64,000 nucleotides of DNA from Burkholderiales bacterium (lineage in GTDB: Bacteria; Pseudomonadota; Gammaproteobacteria; Burkholderiales; SG8-39): the NCBI GenBank assembly GCA_035577785.1, contig DATLUZ010000052.1, forward strand, positions 1,380 through 65,379. The letters run 5' to 3'. Below the pieces are notes generated by a model. It had not been told where the DNA came from, did not search any database, and was given only the letters and a program-made list of their open reading frames with translations. Each line of letters opens with the position of its first letter. The stretch's first letter is position 1. Positions 37,265 through 44,924 of this stretch are shown piece by piece. The translations under genes were made by a program, and so were the position numbers.

Positions 37265-38064
37265 CCGCGCGTCGGAGCCGCTGGCACACCTTGAGCGTCG
37301 GGCTAGCGCTGATCGCCGTTACGAACATCGTGGTGCTCGCAGGCGCCGCATACAACCGCAGCGCAGAGCCCACGGCGCTGCTGCAAATCAGCGCTCGCGA
37401 ATTGCGTGCCCCGGGCTCATGGGGATTCGAAAGCGAGAACAGCGGCCTCGCGCTTGGGCTTGCCTGGCGCATGGCCAGCAGGCAGGACGACGACTACGGA
37501 TTCACCGGGTACGGCGCTCGCGCCACCTGGCTTGACCAACGCAAGCTCGCGGAACTTGGCTTTGACGTTTCGGTTCCGCTCGACCAGCCGCGTGCCGAGC
37601 GCCATTACGAAAAACAGTTGCCGCGCGAGGTTCTGGTCGTCATGGAGCTGAACGGGCCGGCGTACCGCGGCGCGCTGCGGCGCGCCGCCGAGCTGGCGGC
37701 GCGGCCCGGGGCAACGCGAGCCGACGCTACACGCCTCGACTCGGAACGAGAAAAGTTCAGCCGCCTGTTTCTGGTCGACGCCGGCCTCGATTACGATTCA
37801 CTTCGGGCGCGCTATCCCGACAAGAGTGCGTACGCCATCGTGCGAGGCAAGGTCCGCCTGGATCCCTGGTCGGACAAGTACAAGGCGGCTCTGAACGGCT
37901 ATGTCAGCGAGCTCAGCGTGTCTGCTCTGAACGTCCCGGTGGAATTGCGCGCCGTGCTCGGCCGCGACACGAGCGGCTACACCGCCACCGTGGCCTTCGG
38001 TCAGCGCCTGGAGCCGTGGTTCGTGGCGGCGCGGAAATCGGGGTCTGACTCCGATTCCAAGTAA
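37261..38064 (+). CDS. single-pass membrane-anchored protein with extracytoplasmic domain (possibly DUF4824-like)
   Basis: ATGA overlap with the preceding gene. One N-terminal TM (LSVGLALIAVTNIVVLAGAAY), then a soluble domain of about 230 aa. Family assignment is tentative. Confidence 0.65.
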   Translation: MTARRSRWHTLSVGLALIAVTNIVVLAGAAYNRSAEPTALLQISARELRAPGSWGFESENSGLALGLAWRMASRQDDDYGFTGYGARATWLDQRKLAELGFDVSVPLDQPRAERHYEKQLPREVLVVMELNGPAYRGALRRAAELAARPGATRADATRLDSEREKFSRLFLVDAGLDYDSLRARYPDKSAYAIVRGKVRLDPWSDKYKAALNGYVSELSVSALNVPVELRAVLGRDTSGYTATVAFGQRLEPWFVAARKSGSDSDSK

Positions 38065-38081
38065 GTCAGACTAAAGCGCGA

Positions 38082-39110
38082 TCAGCGCACCGCGCGCGCC
38101 TCGATCAGCTCCCGCAGGGCGACCGGCACGAGGCCGCGCAGGCTGGCCGCCCAGCGCGCCTCATTTCGCTGCCACAGCACGCCGAGCCAGATGATGGCGA
38201 GCCCGATCGCCGAGAGCGCGAACGGGAAGACGAGGCTGTCCTTGAAGAGGCTCCAGGACAGGTGCCCGAGGTAGCCGGCGATGCCCAGCCCGCCGAAGAC
38301 CGAGAACACGCGCCGGCCGAGGATCGCGCCGATCAGCACCATCGCCACGTTGATCCCGCAATAAGCGGCCTTGGCGAGCTCGCTGCCCGAATCCATGACC
38401 GAGAGCCCGCCCCAGAACGTGAGCACGCCGAAGAGATAAAGCCAGAAGGCATAGTCGCGCGAGAAACGCGAGCGCAGGTCCACCCAGAAGGCGAGCAGGA
38501 TCATCGCCAGACCGAACCAGGCGGAAACCGCCTTGCGAACTTCCCAGTCCCAGTAGTCGGCGCCGAACAGGAACGGCACGATATCCATGCTCATGTACCA
38601 CAGCGTCAGCGCGATCGGCATCAGCATGAACGGAAAGCGATAGCGCCAGAGGAGCACGGCGCCGAAGGCGAACGTGCCGAGCTCCATCATGATCCAGCGC
38701 CCGTCGACGTACTTGTGGTAGTCGCGGTACGGCGTGTCGTCGCCCCAGTAGCCGAGCGCCATCTGCGCGGCGAAGATCGCGAGCGGCACCATCGCCACGG
38801 CGAGCGTCGCCATGATGCCGGCCGGGATCAGCAGGCGCTTCTCCTCCAGGAACCAGTGCGTGAGGAGCAGCGCAAGCACCCCATAGAGGAGCGCGGTCCC
38901 GAACCCGCCCCAGCCGCCGAGCGAATTCCAGCCGAGCGTCATGAAGAGCGTCATGGCGCCGATGGCGATCATCCCGCCGAGGTAGTACAGGACATGCACG
39001 AACTTGAAGCGCGGCGCGTCGCTCGCGGCGAGAAACTCGACCAGCAGGTCGGCCTGGTGGGCCGAGAGAATCCCTTTCTGGACCGCGGGCTCGAGATCTT
39101 GGCGTCTCAT
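38082..39110 (-). CDS. polytopic membrane protein, DUF2157-like (second copy, convergent)
   Basis: RBS GGAGG before ATG 39110. Short soluble N-terminus (GILSAHQADLLVEFL), then about 10 TM segments. Confidence 0.75.
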   Translation of the reverse strand: MRRQDLEPAVQKGILSAHQADLLVEFLAASDAPRFKFVHVLYYLGGMIAIGAMTLFMTLGWNSLGGWGGFGTALLYGVLALLLTHWFLEEKRLLIPAGIMATLAVAMVPLAIFAAQMALGYWGDDTPYRDYHKYVDGRWIMMELGTFAFGAVLLWRYRFPFMLMPIALTLWYMSMDIVPFLFGADYWDWEVRKAVSAWFGLAMILLAFWVDLRSRFSRDYAFWLYLFGVLTFWGGLSVMDSGSELAKAAYCGINVAMVLIGAILGRRVFSVFGGLGIAGYLGHLSWSLFKDSLVFPFALSAIGLAIIWLGVLWQRNEARWAASLRGLVPVALRELIEARAVR

Positions 39111-39120
39111 TTGCGCCTCC

Positions 39121-39155
39121 CTTATGGTCTTATGGTTCTTATCGGTCTTATGGAC
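39121..39155. repeat. four tandem 8-9-bp units CTTATGGT(T) immediately upstream of the RBS of the minus-strand DUF2157-like gene
   Basis: cttatggt cttatggtt cttatcggt cttatggac read directly. On the minus strand this is (A)ACCATAAG x4, ending at GGGAGGCGCAAATG. Confidence 0.8.
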
Positions 39156-39226
39156 GGGTCAGGGTGACATTATTGGCCGCCCGGGCGCTGCCGGCGCGGA
39201 AATAGTACCGGCAGCACCGGCGCCAT

Positions 39227-40189
39227 CTATTCGGGCTTGATCTTCGCCTCGCGGATGACCTTGCCCCACTTCTCGTTCTCGGCGCGGATGAACGCCGCGA
39301 ACTCCTCCGGAGTGTCGGCGGCGACATAGGAGCCGGTGCTCAGCACCTGGCTCTTCACCTCCGGCGCGTTGTAGGCGCGCACCAGCTCGCGGTGCAGCGC
39401 GTCGATGATCGGGCGCGGCGTGCCGGCGGGGACGAAGATGCCATTCCAGGCGAGCGCTTCCATGCCCGGCAGGCCGGCCTCCTTTGCCGTCGGCACGTCG
39501 GGCAGCACGTTGATGCGGTCGGGCCCAAGCACCGCGAGCGCGCGGAGCTTGCCCGCCTTCACCGGGCTTGCCACGACCTGCGGCACCGGGAACGCGGTCA
39601 TGACCTGCCCGCCGACGAGATCGGTGAGCTCCGCGTTCACCGCCTTGTACGGCACCTCGAGGATCTCGGCGCCGGTCTCGGTCTTGATCCATTCGCCGAC
39701 GAGCTGCGCGATGCTGCCGGGTCCATGCGAAGCGTAGGTCACGGCGCCGCGCCTCTGCTTCGCGAGCTGGATGTAGTCGACGAGCGACTTCACCTGCAAC
39801 GACGGGTTGACCACGACGAGAAGCGGCGTCATGGTGAAGCGCGACACCGGCAGAAGCTCCTGGTTGAGCCGACAGCAGGGGTCGGGCTTGAGCACGTCAG
39901 CGATCGCATTGTTGATCAGGGCGAGCAGCAGCGTGTGGCCGTCGGGCGGCGACTTCGCCGCCTCACGCGCCGCGATCAGCCCCGCGCCGCCGGGGCGGTT
40001 CTCGACAATCACCGGCTGGCCGAAGGCCTCGGAGAGCTTGGTCGAGATCTGCCGCGCGCGGATGTCGGGCGAGCTCCCCGCGGGGCTCGGCACCAGGATG
40101 CGCATGGGCTTGGATGGAAACCCCTGCGCCAGGCCGGGCGCGGCCAGCGCCCACTGTAAAATGATGAATACCGTCAATTTCTTGAGCAT
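39227..40189 (-). CDS. Bug-family (TctC-like) substrate-binding protein
   Basis: Signal peptide MLKKLTVFIILQWALAAPGLA, then FPSKPMRILVPSPAGSSPD...VENRPGGAG. The listed longer ORF (to 40432) is antisense to glnS. Confidence 0.9.
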   Translation of the reverse strand: MLKKLTVFIILQWALAAPGLAQGFPSKPMRILVPSPAGSSPDIRARQISTKLSEAFGQPVIVENRPGGAGLIAAREAAKSPPDGHTLLLALINNAIADVLKPDPCCRLNQELLPVSRFTMTPLLVVVNPSLQVKSLVDYIQLAKQRRGAVTYASHGPGSIAQLVGEWIKTETGAEILEVPYKAVNAELTDLVGGQVMTAFPVPQVVASPVKAGKLRALAVLGPDRINVLPDVPTAKEAGLPGMEALAWNGIFVPAGTPRPIIDALHRELVRAYNAPEVKSQVLSTGSYVAADTPEEFAAFIRAENEKWGKVIREAKIKPE

Positions 40190-41831
40190 GGAGCGCGCAC
40201 CCTCCTCGTCGAATTTCATCCGCCAGGTGATCGAGGCCGACCTCGCCTCGGGCAAGCACAAGGCGATTGTCACCCGATTTCCGCCCGAGCCGAACGGGTA
40301 CCTGCATTTCGGGCACGCCAAGTCGATCGTGCTGAACTTCAGCCTGCCGCAGGCGTACGGCGGCCGCTGCAACCTGCGCTTCGACGACACCAACCCCGAG
40401 AAGGAGGAGCAGGAGTACGTCGACTCGATCATCGACGCGGTGCGCTGGCTCGGCTCCGACTACGGCCCCAAGCCGCTCTATGCCAGCGACTATTTTGGCT
40501 TCATGTACCAGGCGGCCGAGCACCTGATCGAGCGCGGCTTCGCCTATGTCGACAGCCAGAGCGCCGACGAGATCCGCGCCAACCGCGGCACGCTCACCGA
40601 GCCGGGCCGCAATTCTCCCTACCGAGACCGCGCGCCGGCCGAGAATCTGAGGCTCTTCCGCTCGATGAAACAGGGGGAATTCCCGGACGGCGCTCACGTG
40701 CTGCGCGCGAAGATCGACATGGCCTCGCCCAACATCAACCTGCGCGATCCGGTGCTCTACCGCATCAAGCACGCCGAGCACCACCGCACCGGCGACGCCT
40801 GGCCGATCTACCCGATGTACACCTACGCCCACCCGATCGAGGACGCGGTCGAGCGCGTCACGCACTCGCTGTGCACGCTCGAGTTCGAGGACCAGCGGCC
40901 GTTCTACGACTGGCTGCTCGAGCGGCTCGCCGAGGGCGGCCTGCTCGCGCGGCCGCTGCCGCAGCAGATCGAGTTCGCGCGCCTCAACCTCACCAACGTG
41001 GTGCTGTCGAAGCGCAAGCTCATCCAGCTCGTCGAGGAGCGCCACGTCTCGGGCTGGGACGACCCGCGCATGCCGACGCTCGCCGGCGCCCGGCGCCGCG
41101 GCTACACCGCCGAGGGGTTCCGCCGCTTCGCCGAGAGGATCGGCGTCTCGAAGGCGAACCAGCTGATCGATTTCGGCGTGCTCGAGGAGTCGATGCGCGA
41201 GCACCTGAACGAAATCGCGCCGCGGCGCATGGCGGTCCTCGACCCGCTGAAGCTGGTGATCGACAACTTCCCGGCCGATCGGGAGGAGCTCGCGTCGGTG
41301 CCGAACCACCCGCAGAAGCCCGATTGGGGCCGGCGCGAGGTGCCGTTCTCGCGCGAGCTCCGGATCGAGCGCGACGATTTCGCGCTCCAGCCGCCCAAGG
41401 GCTACTTCCGGCTCTATCCCGGCAACGAAGTCCGGCTGCGCTTCGGCTACGTCGTCAAATGCACCGGTATCGACAACGGCGTGGTCCATTGCACGTACCA
41501 CCCCGATTCGAAATCCGGCACGCCCGGGGCCGACCAGTACAAGGTGAAGGGCAATATTCACTGGGTGAGCGTGCGCCACGCCCACGCCTCGACGGTGCAT
41601 CTGTACGATCGCCTCTTCCGGGTGCCCAACCCGGGCGCCGAGCGTGACTTCATCGAGGATCTCAACCCGGATTCGATGAAAAGCATCACCGCGCAACTCG
41701 AGCCGGGCCTCGCCGCCGCCAAGCCCGGCGAGAACCTGCAGTTCGAGCGCCACGGCTACTTCGTGCGCGACCGGGACGCTGCGGCGTTCAACCGCACCGT
41801 GACCCTGCGCGATTCCTGGTCGAAGGGCTGA
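40188..41831 (+). CDS. glnS: glutamine--tRNA ligase
   Basis: NFIRQVIEADLASGKH...TRFPPEPNGYLHFGHAKS (HIGH-type), VLSKRK (KMSKS-type). Collinear with GlnRS throughout. Start at ATG 40188 gives the usual short N-terminus. Confidence 0.93.
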   Translation: MERAPSSSNFIRQVIEADLASGKHKAIVTRFPPEPNGYLHFGHAKSIVLNFSLPQAYGGRCNLRFDDTNPEKEEQEYVDSIIDAVRWLGSDYGPKPLYASDYFGFMYQAAEHLIERGFAYVDSQSADEIRANRGTLTEPGRNSPYRDRAPAENLRLFRSMKQGEFPDGAHVLRAKIDMASPNINLRDPVLYRIKHAEHHRTGDAWPIYPMYTYAHPIEDAVERVTHSLCTLEFEDQRPFYDWLLERLAEGGLLARPLPQQIEFARLNLTNVVLSKRKLIQLVEERHVSGWDDPRMPTLAGARRRGYTAEGFRRFAERIGVSKANQLIDFGVLEESMREHLNEIAPRRMAVLDPLKLVIDNFPADREELASVPNHPQKPDWGRREVPFSRELRIERDDFALQPPKGYFRLYPGNEVRLRFGYVVKCTGIDNGVVHCTYHPDSKSGTPGADQYKVKGNIHWVSVRHAHASTVHLYDRLFRVPNPGAERDFIEDLNPDSMKSITAQLEPGLAAAKPGENLQFERHGYFVRDRDAAAFNRTVTLRDSWSKG

Positions 41832-41837
41832 AACGAA

Positions 41838-41859
41838 ACGGGCTGCCTGAGCAGCCCGT
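41838..41859. terminator. hairpin between convergent glnS and EF-hand genes (possible terminator, weak U-tract)
   Basis: ACGGGCTGC-ctga-GCAGCCCGT (9-bp stem), 7 nt after the glnS stop. Only a short T-containing tail follows. Confidence 0.5.
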
Positions 41860-41886
41860 CTGTACTGCACTCAAAGCTCCGCGCTG

Positions 41887-42276
41887 CTACTGCGGCTTTC
41901 CGCTCGTATTAGCGCTCGAGCCGGTGCTCGCGTTTGCGTCTGGCGCACGGCGCTTCGCCTCCGCGGTCTCCTTCTTGGCCGCCGCGGGCGCCCCGCTCAC
42001 TTTCTCTTTCACCTTGTTGAAGTCGTCCTTTGCCATGAGCTCCAGGTATTCGGTGCGCGAGAGCTTGCCGTCGTGGTTGCCGTCGGCATCCTTCCAGCGC
42101 TTGATGAGGTCCTTGCGGCCTGCGGCGGTCGCCTCGGTGCGGGTGATGTAGCCGTCCGCGTTCTTGTCGATCTCGTTGAAGCCCTTCTCCTTCTTGGCGT
42201 CCTTGTCCGCCGCGGCGGCGGCGCCGCAGGCAAGCGCCATGGCCGCTGCTGCGAGTACGGTTTTTGCAAATCTCAT
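41887..42276 (-). CDS. exported EF-hand calcium-binding protein (two EF loops)
   Basis: RBS AGGAGA before ATG 42276 and a signal peptide. Canonical loops DKNADGYITRTE and DGNHDGKLSRTE. Lys/Ala-rich tail. Confidence 0.8.
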   Translation of the reverse strand: MRFAKTVLAAAAMALACGAAAAADKDAKKEKGFNEIDKNADGYITRTEATAAGRKDLIKRWKDADGNHDGKLSRTEYLELMAKDDFNKVKEKVSGAPAAAKKETAEAKRRAPDANASTGSSANTSGKPQ

Positions 42277-42399
42277 GACGTCTCCTATAGCGTTCGAAGA
42301 TGCGCGAGGTTGCGCGTCCACTGCATCTACAGCAATAATCCTGCCCAAGCACTGGCACTTCTCCGAACGGACTACTCCCGCCGCCGAAAGAACCAGCGA

Positions 42400-42876
42400 A
42401 TGACCAGCGGCCCCCATTCCAAGTGGAAGCTCGACGGCGTGCGCGTGGTGCGCTCGAACGAGCTCGATATCAATACGGCCCAGACCCCGGGCATGAACCG
42501 CGCCGCCGCGATCACGCACGCCCGTGCCGGCGCCGAGAAGCTCTGGGCCGGCACGGTCGTCATCCATCCGAAGGCCAGGACCGGAGCGCATCACCACGGC
42601 CCGGTGGAGAGCGTCATCTACGTGGTGAGCGGAAAGGCCCGGATGCGCTGGGGCGAAAAGCTCGAGTACATGGCCGAGGCCGGTCCGGGCGACTTCATCT
42701 ACGTGCCGCCCTACGTCCCGCACCAGGAGATCAACGCGAGCGACACCGAGCCGCTCTCGTGCGTCCTGTGCCGCAGCGGCCAGGAGCCGGTGGTCGTGAA
42801 CCTCGACATCCCGGCGGTCGAGAAGCCCGAGGAAGTGCACTGGGTCGACAACATCCATCCCGCGCCGAAGAAATGA
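42400..42876 (+). CDS. cupin-domain protein
   Basis: Cupin motif region (GAHHHGPVESVIYVVSG...GDFIYVPPYVPHQEIN). Stop overlaps the start of the next gene (ATGA). Confidence 0.75.
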   Translation: MTSGPHSKWKLDGVRVVRSNELDINTAQTPGMNRAAAITHARAGAEKLWAGTVVIHPKARTGAHHHGPVESVIYVVSGKARMRWGEKLEYMAEAGPGDFIYVPPYVPHQEINASDTEPLSCVLCRSGQEPVVVNLDIPAVEKPEEVHWVDNIHPAPKK

Positions 42877-43175
42877 GCCCCAACCCGGCCGACATCGGCG
42901 GCCAAGCCGCCGGCCCCATCGACACCGTCGACCACGGGATGAAGTTCTGGGAGAAGCAGGCGAACGCGCTGCGCAACACGCTCACCAGCCGCAAGCTCGT
43001 GCGCCTGGACGAGCTGCGCCGCGCCGCCGAGGACCTCGGCGACCGCTACTATCGCCTCGGCTACTTCGAGCGCACCACCGAAGCGATGCGCAACCTCCTT
43101 CTCGAGAAGGGGTTGTTCACCCGCGGCGAGCTGGATGGCAAGATCGAAGAAGTACGAAAACGCTATGACTCCTAG
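42873..43175 (+). CDS. nitrile-hydratase-family beta subunit, N-terminal-half polypeptide (split beta)
   Basis: 100 aa. DIGGQAAGPID...FWEKQANAL...DELRRAAEDL...YYRLGYFERTTEAMRNLLLEKGLFTRGEL parallels the N-terminal half of NHase beta subunits. Confidence 0.75.
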   Translation: MSPNPADIGGQAAGPIDTVDHGMKFWEKQANALRNTLTSRKLVRLDELRRAAEDLGDRYYRLGYFERTTEAMRNLLLEKGLFTRGELDGKIEEVRKRYDS

Positions 43176-43476
43176 CACCTATACGCCGGCGCCCGAGCGG
43201 CGCTTCAACGTGGGCGACCGCGTGCGCGTGAAGAACGCCAACCCGCCGGGTCACCGTCGCACGCCCGCCTACATCCGCGGCAAACAAGGAGAGATCGAGC
43301 GCGTCTGCGGCCGTTTTCCCAACCCGGAGGAGCTCGCCTACGGCTTCGACGGCGAGCCCAGGCGCGTGCTCTATCGGGTGCAGTTCAAGCAACGCGAGGT
43401 ATGGGGGAGCTACGCAGGCTCGAACCACGACCTGATCGAGGTGGAAATCTACGAACACTGGCTGGAGCCGGCATGA
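43165..43476 (+). CDS. nitrile-hydratase-family beta subunit, C-terminal-half polypeptide (split beta)
   Basis: RRFNVGDRVRVKNANPPGHRRTPAYIRGKQGEIERV...YRVQF...EVWG...VEIYEHWLE matches the SH3-like C-terminal half of NHase beta. Alternative start ATG 43135. Confidence 0.78.
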   Translation: MTPSTYTPAPERRFNVGDRVRVKNANPPGHRRTPAYIRGKQGEIERVCGRFPNPEELAYGFDGEPRRVLYRVQFKQREVWGSYAGSNHDLIEVEIYEHWLEPA

Positions 43477-44081
43477 GCCACGCCCACCCGCACGACCCCG
43501 CCAAGGACGACGGGCCGCCGTCCGAGCACGAGATCCTCAGCCGCGCGATCCAGGAGCTGCTGGAGGAAAAAGGCCTGCTTACCGCCGAGCAGGTGCGAAA
43601 ACGCATGGAGCTCTTCGACGCGGAATTCCCGCAGCGCGGCTCGCGCGTCATCGCGCACGCCTGGGCGAACCCGGCGTTCCGGAAGCGCCTGCTCGCCGAC
43701 GGAAAAGCGGCGTGCGCCGAATGGGGCCTCGACCTCGAGGCCGACCGCCTGATCGCGGTGGAGAACACGCCGCGCGTCCACAACGTCATCGTCTGCACGC
43801 TGTGCTCGTGCTATCCCCGCGCTCTCCTCGGCATGCCGCCCACCTGGTACAAGAGCGAGAACTACCGCCGCCGCGTGGTGCGCGAGCCGAGGGCGGTGCT
43901 CAGGGAATTCGGCACCGTCATTCCCGACGAGGTGTCCATCCGCGTGCACGACTCGAACGCCGACATGCGCTACGTGGTCGTGCCGATGCGGCCGAAAGGC
44001 ACCGAGGGCTGGGACGAGGAGCAGCTCGCCTCGATCCTCACCCGCGATACGCTGGTCGGCGTCGCATTGCCCAAGGTCTGA
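43473..44081 (+). CDS. nitrile-hydratase-family alpha subunit, cobalt type
   Basis: Metal-site motif VCTLCSCYP (Co-type Thr/Tyr variant), followed by PPTWYKS..YRRRVVREPR and the RYVVVP.RP.GTEGW block. ATGA overlap with the preceding gene. Confidence 0.9.
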   Translation: MSHAHPHDPAKDDGPPSEHEILSRAIQELLEEKGLLTAEQVRKRMELFDAEFPQRGSRVIAHAWANPAFRKRLLADGKAACAEWGLDLEADRLIAVENTPRVHNVIVCTLCSCYPRALLGMPPTWYKSENYRRRVVREPRAVLREFGTVIPDEVSIRVHDSNADMRYVVVPMRPKGTEGWDEEQLASILTRDTLVGVALPKV

Positions 44082-44922
44082 GCCGGGCGCGCAGCTTCCC
44101 GGCCCAGGCGCTCACCCTCGATACCAGCTGCTTCAGCCCGTCGCGCAACGCCGAGCAGCCGACCGGAGCCGGCGCCACACCCCACTGCCGTAACCGCGCA
44201 TTCAGCCGATGCGCGTGCAGCATGCGCATCGAGGCGCGCGTGTTGAAGGTGACGCTGAAGGAGATCGAGACTTGCGGGCCGTTCTGCACCCAGTGCGGGG
44301 CGGCGAATGGGACGTGAATCGCGTCGCCCGGAGCGAGCTCGAAGGTGCGCGCCCGGCTCTGGAACTCGTCGCGCCATGCGAGGTTGCGGTGCGCGCCGAC
44401 GAGGAAGCGCTCGAGGTCGGGCTCGGACACGACCACGCGGTCGGCGCGGTCGAATACGCTCATGGTCTTGGTCCCGCGAATCTGGAGCAGGAAGTTCTCT
44501 TCGGGATCCATGTGGTAGGGCGTCACGGCGCCCGGCGACGAAACGAAGATGAAGGCGTGCGGATCGCGCATGCCGGCAGCGAGCCGCGCGGAGGCGGCCC
44601 GCACTTCGCCGAGGCACTCATCGAGCAGCCGCCGGTAGGCCGGGTCGTGCTCGACGTGCTTCAACACCAGCCACGAGCGGCACTCCGCGATGCGCCGGAT
44701 GGTGTCCTCGGGCGAAAGCCCGTTGCGCGGCGTGCGCTCTGGATCGAGACCGACCGGCACCTCGCCCGCGTTGTACTCCACCTGCGAGGCGGGCAGACGC
44801 TTCGACAGCTCGACCAGGCAGGCCAGCGTGAAGAGCCGGTGCCCCGCGAGCTGGTGCGGCACCAGAAAGGGAGTCCGGGCGAACTGCGCGTTGAACGTGT
44901 CTCGATCGATCGCGAGGCTCAT
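44038..44922 (-). CDS. JmjC/cupin-like putative Fe(II)/2-oxoglutarate oxygenase
   Basis: HxD...H facial-triad candidates (TPYHMDPEENF ... IHVPFAAPHWV) in a cupin-like context. ATG 44922 lies 2 nt after the GNAT stop. The 3' end overlaps the NHase alpha 3' end by 44 nt. Confidence 0.7.
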   Translation of the reverse strand: MSLAIDRDTFNAQFARTPFLVPHQLAGHRLFTLACLVELSKRLPASQVEYNAGEVPVGLDPERTPRNGLSPEDTIRRIAECRSWLVLKHVEHDPAYRRLLDECLGEVRAASARLAAGMRDPHAFIFVSSPGAVTPYHMDPEENFLLQIRGTKTMSVFDRADRVVVSEPDLERFLVGAHRNLAWRDEFQSRARTFELAPGDAIHVPFAAPHWVQNGPQVSISFSVTFNTRASMRMLHAHRLNARLRQWGVAPAPVGCSALRDGLKQLVSRVSAWAGKLRARLRPWAMRRRPAYRG

Positions 44923-44924
44923 CT

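Noticed and set aside
39807-40187. N-terminal 127-codon extension of glnS, and the corresponding extension of the Bug gene to 40432
   Set aside because: Each extension is antisense to the other gene's well-supported coding region. The GlnRS and Bug N-termini are canonical at the shorter starts.
41887-42276. The exported EF-hand protein as a lanmodulin-like lanthanide binder, given the possible Ln-type ADH in the window
   Set aside because: It has only two EF loops, and they are canonical Ca-type (DKNADGYITRTE, DGNHDGKLSRTE). They lack the Pro at loop position 2 and the four-loop layout described for lanmodulin. The gene is also 33 kb from the ADH.
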